Source: Octopus sinensis (lineage: Eukaryota). Taken from it: a stretch of 25,924 nt of DNA. Below the pieces are notes generated by a model. That model saw only the letters and a list, made by a program, of their open reading frames with translations. It ran no database searches and was not told the origin of the DNA. Below, in pieces: positions 8,581-19,470 of this stretch. Position 1 is the first letter of the stretch. Each line of letters starts with the position of its first letter. The DNA lies in NCBI RefSeq assembly GCF_006345805.1, contig NW_021834782.1, positions 1 through 25,924 of the forward strand. The letters run 5' to 3'. The translations under genes and the position numbers were made by a program.

Positions 8581-9139
8581 GTAAGCGTTCGACATTTTAT
8601 TACCTTTCAGTTTTTGGTTCCTTGATTCCCTTTTCCTTTATACATAATAATTTTGGTCATTTTTCAATTCAAAACGGCAGAGCCCTCCATCTAAAAATGA
8701 AGAGTTCGGGCCGAAATTTTATGCATATTTCTTTTTATCACAGCACATTATATATATATTTCCCCTTTTTAAATTTATCTTCCTTTGTATTGGATTTTGT
8801 CAAAACTAACCACCAGTAGTTTTCTCTCCAATTCTATTAATAATATCATATTTGGTATGTCGTTAGTAGAACGCAAGTACTTGTAAAGTCGAATGTAAGC
8901 TCCCAGAGGCATGTATTGACGACCGCTTTTCGGATCCTCGTTGTAGTAACTTCAATCTTGTTACGTAACTGCAATTAATTATCAAGGAATGCAAAGCGTA
9001 TATTCCAAACAATTTTCTTCCGACAGTATTGTACCTCTGAACGATAAACAACTCTTCTCTTAGTGTTCTTGTGGATTAATTCCTTAAATCAAATACTTAA
9101 GATTGCTAAACATTCTATTATAATTTACAGCGTACAGCT

Positions 9140-9370
9140 AAAGTGGTGTTTCTTAACCGGGGTTCGTACGATGCCCGAGGGCCCATATAAGATTTTTAGG
9201 GGCCCACACCACAAAATATTAAATTAGAGAGGCACAGTGGTATCTTAAGTGCTCCTGAAATTTTTTTTTTCTTTAGATCTATGTATTGGTATGTATTGCA
9301 AGAAACAAAAGTTTTTTCTCTCTAACATTTTACATAGTTTAATCTGTACAAGTGAATGTGTGAAAATTTC
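9140..9370 (+). mobile_element. Possible hAT-type MITE 5' fragment
   Basis: Begins AGTGGTGTTTCTTAACCGGGG, resembling hAT CAGTGGTTCTTAACC termini. No matching end or TSD found. Confidence 0.3.
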
Positions 9371-9479
9371 AAAAAGAATGTTCAACGAATTTTCCCATAG
9401 CGTGCTCCGTTAGTAGATGGAAACGCTTTGAAAATCTGTCAGATGGGTCTCTTCTATACGTAGGTGATATTATCTAACC

Positions 9480-10070
9480 CAGTGGTTTCCAAACTATTAG
9501 TCGCAACCCACAGATGGGGCGCGAACGGAATCTTAGTGGGTCGCAAAACTCGGCCAGGGCAGGCGCAAAGTCGGAGGGCAGAAGAAGCGCTACAAGGATA
9601 GTCTCAAGGTCTCTCTCAAAGACTTCTCCATCGGAACAGAGACCTGGGAGACACTTGCTGCCAACCGCTCATCCTGGCGCAGCGCAATCACCGTGGGAGC
9701 AGGGACAGCCGAGGAGGGACGGATTCGGTCAGCGGAGCAGAAACGTCAGATGCGTAAAGCCAGAGCCGCCTGCACCAGTAGCACGGCCCCTACCCACTTC
9801 TGCCCCACCTGTGGGAGGGGCTTCCTTGCCCGGATTGGCCTCACCAGCCACCTCCGGTCTCATGGCGGAAGTTCCATCAGATGATGTCAGTTGGTCATCT
9901 TCGAACCGAAGGACGAACATAATAATAATAGTGGGTCGCAAAAAGTTATAAAATTACGCATTAGATTTGATTAGCTGCTGTCTATCGAGATAGTTCAAGA
10001 CATAAGTGGGTCGTCATAACCTGGTGTGATAAATAGTGGATCTCGACTCTAAAATGTTTAGGAACCACTG
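9480..10070. mobile_element. hAT (Charlie-type) MITE containing an RTE insertion
   Basis: TIRs CAGTGGTTTCCAAAC / GTTTAGGAACCACTG (13/15); 8-bp TSD ATCTAACC (9472-9479) / ATCTAATC (10071-10078). Confidence 0.88.
9549..9928 (+). mobile_element. 5'-truncated RTE-clade LINE (ORF2 C-terminus, 3' UTR, (TAA)n tail)
   Basis: Open frame 9549-9884: LGQGRRKVGGQKKRYKDSLK..WETLAANRSSWR..CPTCGRGFLARIGLTSHLRSH*, an RTE C-terminal zinc finger. Perfect 15-bp TSD TAGTGGGTCGCAAAA (9534-9548, 9929-9943). Confidence 0.93.
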
Positions 10071-10819
10071 ATCTAATCTGTCACTCGGTTTAACATCACT
10101 GACTTGCAGTACATCGTTACTTTTGGTGGGCAAAACACCGTTGCAAGCATTCAGGTCAGGTGCCGTGGCCAAGTATATCTTACACCGGATGCTCTGAAAT
10201 CAGTTACCTAGGCTGAACTTACTACTACGACAAAAGTATTAAAAATATATATATATTGAATAATGAAAGAAATTTTTCTTTCGCCAAATATTCACTTTAT
10301 CTTAAACCGTCTCAGAAAGACTTCATATTGTGAGAAGGACTTCATTGTTTTAACACACTGTTACAAATTCATAAAACATTAAAAAGACAACGAGGTTTCG
10401 AATTCCGGTCGGAGACATTTCACTTTAACTCTCTTACTAATCCTTTAAATTATGCATGAATGTCACTAATTCATATATTTATATCCTTTGTCATCCTACT
10501 AATCGTTATAAATATAAGAAAAACAAGAAAAACAACAACAACAACAACAACCAACCTTAACATATTTGCTTGATTGCTTGCTTTTTTTGTCTGTTTTTCA
10601 TATATTTGTTCTGTATTCTCTCCTCTCTTTGTATGTTTTAAAAAATCAACAACGAAACATTAAAAAAATTTCAGGCTGCCATTTCATGAAAACAAAGGAA
10701 CCTTATTTTAATTATTTCTTCACCATTTCTCTTTCTCTCTTTTTCATATATGTATATATATTTATATAGATAGGCTTGTGTGCATGTATGGATACATCAC
10801 ATTTCACTGTTACTGCAAT

Positions 10820-11028
10820 TATACATATATATATACATACATGCATATATATATATACATGCATATATATATATACATGCATATATATATATATATAATA
10901 TACATGCATATATATATATATATACATGCATATATATATATACATGCATATATATATATATATATATATACATGCATATATATATATACATGCATATATA
11001 TATATACATGCATATATATATATATACA

Positions 11029-11062
<34 letters not shown>

Positions 11063-11245
11063 TATATATAATACACATATATATACACATATATATATAC
11101 ACATATATATATAAAATATACACACATATATATACATATATATATATACACACATATATATATACACACATATACATATATATACACATATATATACACA
11201 CATATACATATATATACACACATATATATGTATATATATATAGTG
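10820..11245. repeat. (TA)n-CATGCA minisatellite grading into (TA)n/(CA)n
   Basis: About ten CATGCA spacers between TA runs; similar units at 25720-25810. Confidence 0.9.
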
Positions 11246-11639
11246 CATGTGTTTGAAATTAACTGTTGTCCGAGTAAACTCACTCCTTAGCCAGGTACAA
11301 GCACACCTTAAAACGTTGCACCAATGAACAATTCAGATGCTCAGGTGATGGAAGAATGCGCAGGTACTCCTCTGCTAAGTCTTGTGTTTTTGACTCGGAA
11401 CCGAAGAAACTACGAAAGCAACAATAACCATCAACATGATATCCGGATCGCCGAAATTACAAGGAATTGGTTTGAAAGGACGGTTGTGTATTTTTTTGCT
11501 GGAAAACGTTTCTGCGATTAAAACTTAAATCGTGCACAATGTATTCCCTTTTCAGATGACCAACACCTACCCCCAACAAGCACCAAATATTTGTTGTAAC
11601 AAACAGAGATCGAAAACTACACACACATATATATTCTAT

Positions 11640-11940
11640 ATGCATGTATATATATATATAATATATATTATATTAAAGTATATATATATGTGTACATTAT
11701 TATAATTATATATATATATATATAAAGTATATATATATGTGTAACATTATATTATATATATATATAAGATATATATATATATATAAGTATATTATATTTG
11801 TACCTTATATAATATATATATATATTATATATATATATATATATATTAAAGTATATATATATGTTACATTATATATATATATTATTATATATTATATATA
11901 TATATTAAAGTATATATATATGTGTACATTATATATATAT

Positions 11941-11990
<50 letters not shown>

Positions 11991-12180
11991 TCATATAATA
12001 TATGTATATATATGTAAATATATATATGTATATATGTATACATATATATTACATTTATATATATGTATATACTTTCATATATATATATATTTGTATATAT
12101 ACATCATATATTGTATATGTGTATATATATATACGTTCATATATATGTTATATATATGTGTATATATATATATATACACG
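11640..12180. repeat. (TA)n compound repeat with a ~60-bp higher-order unit
   Basis: AAAGTATATATATATGTGTACATTAT-like unit recurs five times between ~11670 and ~11935. Confidence 0.85.
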
Positions 12181-13203
12181 TTCTTGTGTATGTCTGCAGG
12201 CGAGTGCGTACCTGCGCGCGCTTTCATGTGTGTGTCTGTATGTGTGGATGAATGTGTTTATAAATTGTGATATTTTAGAAAAGTCTCTTTGAATTTCCTC
12301 GAATACTTGATTTGTCTGAATTTCCTATTGCAACTATATTGCGCTCAGTCGTAAGGAAATATTGTTAATTACTTCTTCGTGAGTAATTTGTAATAAAATT
12401 CTTCGTTTGAAATTCATCATTAAAAGATCTGTTCTCGCATGTACGTATACTTGCCTTTTGTCTAGTATGTATTTGTGCGTTAGTTCTTGCGAACGAACAT
12501 ACCGACATACAGAATTTCGCGTAAATAATATGAAATTGTTTTCTCGTTCCAATTTGTCACCATTTTAATATGGACAGATAGCAGGGAACAAGTACTGAGA
12601 ATGTGTCTTTTGATGAAATTGTTAAGTGTGAAATATAATGAAATATGAATTCTTTGAATTGCGAACTAAATTAAATATGCACCAAGCTTCACTTGAATAA
12701 TAAATATGTTGATATTAGAACACTTATGACTATGAGAAATATATAAAAAATTAAGTGACATTTATGTTTGGGAATTGATAGTGATTATTATGTAGTGTCT
12801 AGCGACGTTCGCTGAACATAATAACACTGCATACCAGTTTGACCTCCATCTTCGGTCATATAAATTATAGAAAGACTAAGAGTCACTTCTCATAACAACT
12901 AAGTGGATGTCTTTAGGTATTTTGCAGTAGTTTCTCTCTAGATACATGGCACTAGAGAATGGACATAATTTCATCGCTATAAGTATTATTAAAGAAGGAT
13001 ATAAAAGAAAAAAACACTTTTACTCAATTTATGAAATAATGTATAGAATAAAATGACAATGATAAATCTTTCCTTGAGTTATTAATGTTCACGTAGTTCG
13101 TAAAGTTTAACTGCTGACTTACAATCAAACGATTGTAAAACAGATCTATCTTTACTGCATGGAATTTTAGAATTCCAAAATACTTTCCACCGCATAAACA
13201 TGT

Positions 13204-13413
13204 GGCTTCAAATTTTGGTACAAGGCCAGCACATTAGGGGGAGGGGTTAAGTCAATTTAATCGACATCAGTACTCAACTGGTACTCATTTTATCGACCCC
13301 GAAAGAATAAAAGGCAAAGTTGATCTCGGCGGAATTTGAACTCGGAACGTAAAGACGGACGAAATAACGCTAAGCATTTTGCTTGGCGTGCTAACGATTC
13401 TTGCAGCTCACCA
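13204..13413 (-). mobile_element. tRNA-derived SINE, family B (variant tail)
   Basis: ACTGGTACTCATTTTATCGACCCCGAAAG..GGCGGAATTTGAACTC..GGCGTGCTAACGATTC, reverse of the 15941 copy. Confidence 0.85.
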
Positions 13414-13487
13414 CTTTAGCAACAACAACAACAACCATTTCGATTTTGATAAAATCTTTACGTTACCAAAATGCCACTATGTTGCCA

Positions 13488-13543
13488 AAACGTCACTAAG
13501 CATTTTCCTCGGCGTGCTTAGTGATTCTGTCAGCTCAACGCCT
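13488..13543 (-). mobile_element. Family B SINE head fragment
   Basis: CTAAGCATTTTCCTCGGCGTGCTTAGTGATTCTGTCAGCTC. Confidence 0.6.
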
Positions 13544-13645
13544 GTCTACATGCAAAATTTTGCGACCAGAGAAGAAAAATATAATTTCCGGTTAGCTAAA
13601 ATTTTTGCATTGGTTTCTAATTTAGACACAACGCAAGCAATATTT

Positions 13646-13871
13646 TATTTCTTCATTGCTCACAAGGGGTTAAATATAGAGGGGACAAACAAGGACAGAC
13701 AAACGGATTAAGCCGATTATATCGACTCCAGTGCGTAACTGGTACTTAATTCATCGACCCCGAAAGGATGAAAAGCAAAGTCGTCCTCGGCGGAATTTGA
13801 ACTCAGAACGTAACGGCAGACGAAATACGGCTACACACTTCGCCCGGCGTGCTAACGATTCTGCCAGCTCG
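13646..13871 (-). mobile_element. tRNA-derived SINE, family B, near full length
   Basis: About 90% identical by eye to the reverse complement of 15945-16169. Confidence 0.9.
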
Positions 13872-13967
13872 GGGTCTTAGTCCATTACAATTAGCCCAAT
13901 AATTGACTGGTTATTTATTTCATCGACCTAGATAGGAAACAGCCAGCGAGATCGAAGTTTTAACATA

Positions 13968-14268
13968 TCTTTATATATAAAAGTGAAGTTGTGTGAGTGT
14001 CTGTCTCCTACGATTTAGATTCCTAACTACTCCCACATTTTGCGGTGCAGTTTAACCAAAAGCGGGTATCTTATAGTCGGGATTCATATCGAGCCCTTCT
14101 GGGTATTAGCGCGCGTCTACAATGAATCTACGATTTAAAAAAAAATTAACATCATTTTTTCCCATTTTTAATGCATTTTTTGTTATTATATAAGGGAAGT
14201 AACTCTCTAAAAATGCTTATATAGTTATTTCCCTTACAAACCCGAGCAACGCCGGGCGATACTGCTAG
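13968..14268 (+). mobile_element. Non-autonomous Helitron, internally deleted relative of 4655-5164 (301 bp)
   Basis: A|TC...CTAG|T ends, same hairpin, last ~80 bp identical to copy 1; lacks ~210 bp of internal sequence. Confidence 0.9.
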
Positions 14269-15140
14269 TCTTATATATTTCCTGTATAAATACTAATTTA
14301 ACATGTCCCACATGAATGAACTGAAACAAATGAATAAAGATTCTTTCTATCTTTCTTTCTCTTCAGAATGAAAACCTCAGATACATCAAAGGGTTATAAT
14401 TAAGTAAACACATCATATAGCCATCAGTTCGAATCTCACTCATTGTTACATCTATAAGATGTTGCAACATCGCATAATTGAAAACACCTACTGAAAGTAG
14501 ACACTGTCTTAAGCATTAAGAAAACCACCTGTGCTCCTGACACTGTAATTTATATAATCTATACTTACTGAGAGAGCTGAAATTGTAGAGTTCATATTTT
14601 CGACTGCGGGGGCAGACGTCTCGACTTTTCAGCTCATAAACAAGCAATAGTGTCACTAATTACCAAGTCGGTAATGATCATGTTTGTTCCTAAATTCATA
14701 CGTATATTTACATAAATATATGCAGACGTAAAAATAAATGCATATATGCGCAAATATATAATGTAATGCATACACTTATACAAAAATATAAAGGCTAGAA
14801 CATCGCTATTGAAAGAACCTTTTACCACAGTTCTTTTACAAATGCGTCTTGTATGTTAGATACTGTGGGTGAATCTAGGAACTGGTATGGTATCTTCAGC
14901 TCACCATGATTGGCAGGCATTCGTTCTTTTTGTGTAACAATGACCGATCATTATATATACATATATATATATATATGTATAATATATATATATATACATA
15001 CAGCATATATACATACATATAATATGCTACATATACATACAATACATTGCATATATCATACATAACATATGCATATATACATACATACATATACATACAT
15101 ACATGCATATATACATACATACATGCATATATACATACAT

Positions 15141-15850
15141 AAAGGTAAAGGACCTGGGTATCTTGGTGGATTCCTCCTTTTTGCCTTCTTCGCCTTCGCC
15201 CAGTGCGTCCATGCTGCCAACAAAGCGCGCGGAATTCTGTTTTTGATTCGACGGTCAATTCGGAATGCTCACAGCAGCCATATTCTACCACTCTATGTCA
15301 CGCTGGTGAGACCCATATTGGAGTATGGGATTCAAGCCTCTTCTCCTTATCTCCTCAAAGACATACAGCATCTCGAAAGAGTCCAGAAGCTGGCTACCCG
15401 CATGGTTCATGGTCTCAAAATTTGTCCTACGAAGAAAGGCTGAGGACGCTCGACCTTTATTCTCTTAAAAACCGCCGCCGCCGTGGTGATCTCATTCTCG
15501 CCCACAACATCATAAGCGGAAAGTGTAACCTCTCGAAAGAGCTGTTCTTCACTCCGGCTCCAGAGCGTCGGCTGCGGGGTCATTCCGAAAAGCTCTACGT
15601 GCGACATTTCATCTCAATCGAAGGAGAGGAGCTTTCTCCCTCTCGTCCGGGTTGCGGATCCGTGGAACAAGCTGCCAGACGAGATGGTGAAGATGCCGAC
15701 GACGACCGCTTTGTTCAAAGCCTCCCTGGACCTCAAGTGGCCTGAACTCTTTACATGAACACCACCCTGTACTTAACTCCATGGATCCCCCTACATATGT
15801 CCCCCTACATACAGCCTTGCTATTTGCTTTTGAGCCAAATTAACTAACTA
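15141..15850 (+). mobile_element. 5'-truncated CR1-group LINE, frameshifted ORF2 C-terminus + 3' UTR
   Basis: Across frames: VKDLGILVD, AANKAR..L, LY.TLVRPILEY, DIQHLERVQKLATR, LSYEERLRTLDLYSL..RRRRGDLI, WNKLP; stop at 15756-15758; (TAAC)n tail; inserted in a (CATA)n tract. Confidence 0.9.
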
Positions 15851-15862
15851 CACATACATACA

Positions 15863-15937
<75 letters not shown>

Positions 15938-15940
15938 AAA

Positions 15941-16171
15941 GGCGGCGAGCTGGCAGAAACGTTAGCACGCCGGGCGAAATGCGTAGCCGTATTCCGTCTG
16001 CCGTTACGTTCAGAGTTCAAATTCCGCCGAGGTCTACTTTGCCCTTCATCCTTTCGGGGTCGATAAATTAAGTACCAGTTACGCCCTGGGGTCGATATAA
16101 TCGACTTAATCTTTTTGTCTGTCCTTGTTTGTCCTCTCTGTGTTTAGCCCCTTGTGGGTAGTAAAGAAATA
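15941..16171 (+). mobile_element. tRNA-derived SINE, family B, full length
   Basis: GGCGGCGAGCTGGCAGAAACGTTAG head, GAGTTCAAATTCC B box, central CTTCATCCTTTCGGGGTCGATAAATTAAGTACC block, tail GCCCCTTGTGGGTAGTAAAGAAATA; flanked by (TA)n. Confidence 0.92.
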
Positions 16172-16186
16172 TATATATATATATAT

Positions 16187-16218
<32 letters not shown>

Positions 16219-16640
16219 CACATGAGTATATATATATACATATATATGCATATATATGTATATATATATTTATATGAATAAGGATAAGATCATACATAGA
16301 TACACATGTACATATAGATGTGTGTGTGTGTGTGTGAATGCGTTTACATTGATTGGTACCAGTATTATTGTTTACCTCCCATAGATGTAGCATTCGGCAA
16401 AGAGGAATACATACAAATTATATAAAATGCAACTAATTATTAAGTCAATATTACCGTTCGATTTGATGAAAACTGTTGCCGGCTCTCTATGATTGAAACA
16501 AGAAAATTCATAATAAAACTAAAAGTTTATTACGAATCTCCAAGTAAGGGACCTTAAGGGATTCAGCTTTGAATACAACATTTTTTTACTCCATCCAGCT
16601 CGTTTTTCTCAAGCCCAACTTTACAAACGGCTGGTTTCCC

Positions 16641-16964
16641 GAGCTGTCAGAAACGTTAGCACGCCGGGCGAAATGCTAAGCGGTATTTCGTCTGCCGTTA
16701 CGTTCTGAGTTCCAATTCCGCCGAGGTCGACTTTGCCTTTCATCTTTTCCCCTCTATGTTTAGCCCCTTGTGGGTAGTAAAGAAATAGGTATTTCGTCTG
16801 CCGTTACGTTCTGAGTTCAAATTCCGCCGAGGTCGACTTTGCCTTTCATCCTTTCGGGGTCGATAAATTAAGTACCAGTTACGCACTGGGGTCGATGTAA
16901 TCGACTTAATCTGTTTGTCTGTCCCTTCTATGCTTAGCCCCTTTTGGGTAGTAAAGAAATAGGT
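16641..16964 (+). mobile_element. Family B SINE head-to-tail dimer (internally deleted monomer + headless monomer)
   Basis: GGTATTTCGTCTGCCGTTACGTTCTGAGTT occurs at 16682 and 16788; tail GTAGTAAAGAAATAGGT ends at 16790 and 16964. Confidence 0.9.
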
Positions 16965-17014
16965 TTCCGGATTTCCATGCCAAGATCACATTTCTCTGAA
17001 CGGGACGCTGTTCT

Positions 17015-17225
17015 GTTTTAGGGTTCAAGGCAGGAAATTTTGAAGGGATGGTATAAGATGATTACATCAACTCCAGCACTTAGCTGGTACTTTTTTTTTC
17101 TTCCATCCGAAAGTAATGAGAAGCAAATTTGCTTTCTGCGGGATTTGACCTCTTAATGTAAAGTGTCGGATTAAATGTCAATTAGCATTTTGTCCAACAT
17201 CGTTGCGATAATACCAGCTCGTCAC
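17015..17225 (-). mobile_element. Old degenerate family B SINE
   Basis: GATTACATCAACTCCAGCACTTAGCTGGTAC..CGGGATTTGACCTC..AGCATTTTGTCC..CCAGCTCG colinear with the 13204 copy. Confidence 0.65.
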
Positions 17226-17919
17226 CTCTTATCTAACAGTATTGAATAATATTTTATTGTTTTATTCAATATTAATTTTTAGTGGGGAAACCAAAATTGA
17301 TTTTCTCATTCTTATTCTTTGTCTGTCTGTCTACCCGTTCGATTATCTTGATCACTGGAAGCTCAAGTTTCCTCTCACTACCTATACACACATTCTACTA
17401 GTTGACTAAACTATAAGCAAAACTTGAATCGCCAAATTTACTATAAATTTGACTCTACACTCAACTTTGTCTTTGCACAACGGTAAATATTGTATAGCTT
17501 TAAAATGATTAACTTTAATTCATTATTTATCTATATATATTCGTTCAATTATTTTTATATACATCTGTGGCCATGGTGAGATATCGTCATGTCAGCCATC
17601 TTTTACTTTACTATTATCATACATTTTAAATGAGAGAGTTCCAAGCTGTCACCTTCGTCATTGTCACCTGCTGCGAAGTGGTCTCGTCTGCGATTAAACA
17701 CAGTAGACTGTTTACATATTTGCTGTACGCATCGACACAACACATCACATATGTGAGTGTACTGAGCTTTGTATATTCAAATATATGCATGCGACCACGG
17801 GCGAGAACGCACACATAACTCATACAGACAGAGAAAAACACTCAAACACTCGCATATACGTGTGCGTGTGAGTGTGTGTGTCTTTGTGTGCCTGTGTGCA
17901 CAGTATATACGTGTATGTA

Positions 17920-19235
17920 CAGAGTGTGTCGAATAAACTGCCGTTTAAATTACGCAAATATGAAAATAACACTGGCATCTCATTTTCAAACATATATTTA
18001 CCAAAATTTCAAACAAATATCTTGAAATATTGAAGAGTAAATTTATTCAATAAAATCGGCATTGGCTTCAACCACGGCCTCCAGCCGACTCCAAAACCTC
18101 CTGCAACTCTTCTGTCAATCTCCTTGTTTAATTTGGTGACTGCTGTCATAATCCTTGCCTTGAATTCATCTTTGGTGTTACAAGGGGTTTTGTTGGTTTC
18201 TCGCTCAAGTGTGCTCCACACATAATAATGAAGTGGATTTCAGTCTATGAAGTTTGGTGACGAGATTTTAGGGGTGATATGGTCGCAGAAATTGTCTAAC
18301 GGCTATGACTGGGTTCCCTTGCTTGTGTGACATGCCACAGGAGTGGCATATAAGAGCAGGAGTGGCTGTGTGGTAAGTAGCTTGCTTACCAACCACATGA
18401 TTCCGTGTTCAGTCCCACTGCGTGGCACCTTGGGCAGGTGTCTTCTACTATAGCCTCGGGCCGACCAAAGCCTTGTGAGTGGATTTGGTAGACGGAAACT
18501 GAAAGAAGCCCGTCGTATATATGTATATATATATGTATGTGTGTGTTTGTTGTCTGTGTTTGTCCCCCCAACATCGCCTGACAACCGATGCTGGCGTGTT
18601 TACGTCCCCGTAACTTAGCGGTTCGGCAAAAGAGACCGATAGAATAAGTACTAGGCTTACAATGAGTAAGTCCTGGTGGTCGATTTGCTCGACTAAAGGT
18701 GGTGCTGCAGCATGGCCGCAGTCAAATGACTGAAACAAGTAAAAGAGTAAAAAGAGTATGGTGCAGAGTCCTGTCGCCAGATATATGGTTTTCCAGCCGC
18801 CGCCATCTTTACCCGCAGCAGCATTACCTCCTCCAGGTACTTGATGTAGACCTCCGTGTTGAGGATGAGGATGAGGCCGTGTGGGAAGTGGAATGGAGCC
18901 ATAACGTCACCATCCCTAATGATCTCTCGAAACACCTTGAGGTTGACTGGATATTTGATTTTTATCACTCTCGATATATGTCCTCAAATTGCACTATCAT
19001 CAGATTGTCACCCATACACTGAAATATTCTCATTGGAGCTTTTAGCGCAAATGCCAATCAGTGGAGCGCATCGTTTCCAAATTTCTGGGAGAGTGACTTG
19101 CGTCATAGTGCTGTTGTTCTCACAGATGGCGCGCAACTGACCGTACTATGGGACGTAGTCGACAAAAACAAAACAAATAATGTGCATGCGCAAAACTGAA
19201 AGTAAAAATGGCGATAATTTACGTATCTCACGGTG
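17920..19235 (-). mobile_element. Decayed Tc1/mariner-superfamily element, DD37D (maT/mori-type) transposase remnant, interrupted by a SINE
   Basis: Minus strand: KYPVN..DGDVM.PF.FPHGL..NTEVYIKYLEEV..GKPYIWRQDSAP | CHTSKGTQS*PLDNFCDHITPKISSPNFID*NPLHYYVWSTLERETNK. 37 residues separate the QD aspartate from the NPL(D) position. Degenerate TIRs flanked by TA at 17918-17919 and 19236-19237. Confidence 0.85.
18351..18757 (+). mobile_element. tRNA-derived SINE, family A, full length, inserted in the maT transposase
   Basis: GCAGGAGTGGCTGTGTGGTAAG A box, GTTCAGTCCC B box, internal TA/TG tract, (GAGTAAAA)n-like tail. Splits the codons QDSAP|CHTS. Confidence 0.92.
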
Positions 19236-19439
19236 TATATGTATTTAATTGCATAGATATTTGAACATATATGCATATGTGTGTGTGTGTGAGTATTATA
19301 CATATATATATATTGATTCGTTGGTTTCGTTTCGTTTCTTCTTCTCTAAGCTGGTTTATATATATATATATATATATAATATATATATATATATTATATA
19401 TATATAATATTTTCATATATAATATATATTTCATCTATA

Positions 19440-19470
<31 letters not shown>

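Noticed and set aside
9205-9230. ACCACAAAATATT as a possible editing-complementary sequence for 8538-8555
   Set aside because: Only an 8-nt core with gaps, lies in a probable MITE, and does not cover the Q/R codon.
9514-9951. 145-aa + ORF and 70-aa - ORF (9729-9941)
   Set aside because: Alternative frames of the GC-rich RTE fragment. The meaningful frame is 9549-9884.
15941-16040. tRNA-like A/B-box sequences (also 18357-18430, 13790-13871, 23340-23365)
   Set aside because: No complete cloverleaf; each continues into a repeated SINE body and tail, so these are SINE heads rather than tRNA genes.
16641-16964. Repeat-spacer appearance suggesting a CRISPR array
   Set aside because: Eukaryotic context; only two long SINE-derived units and no unique spacers.
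18009-19140. Several - strand ORFs as host genes
   Set aside because: Fragments or off-frames of the decayed maT transposase and the nested SINE. Internal stops and loss of the third Asp show it is non-functional.
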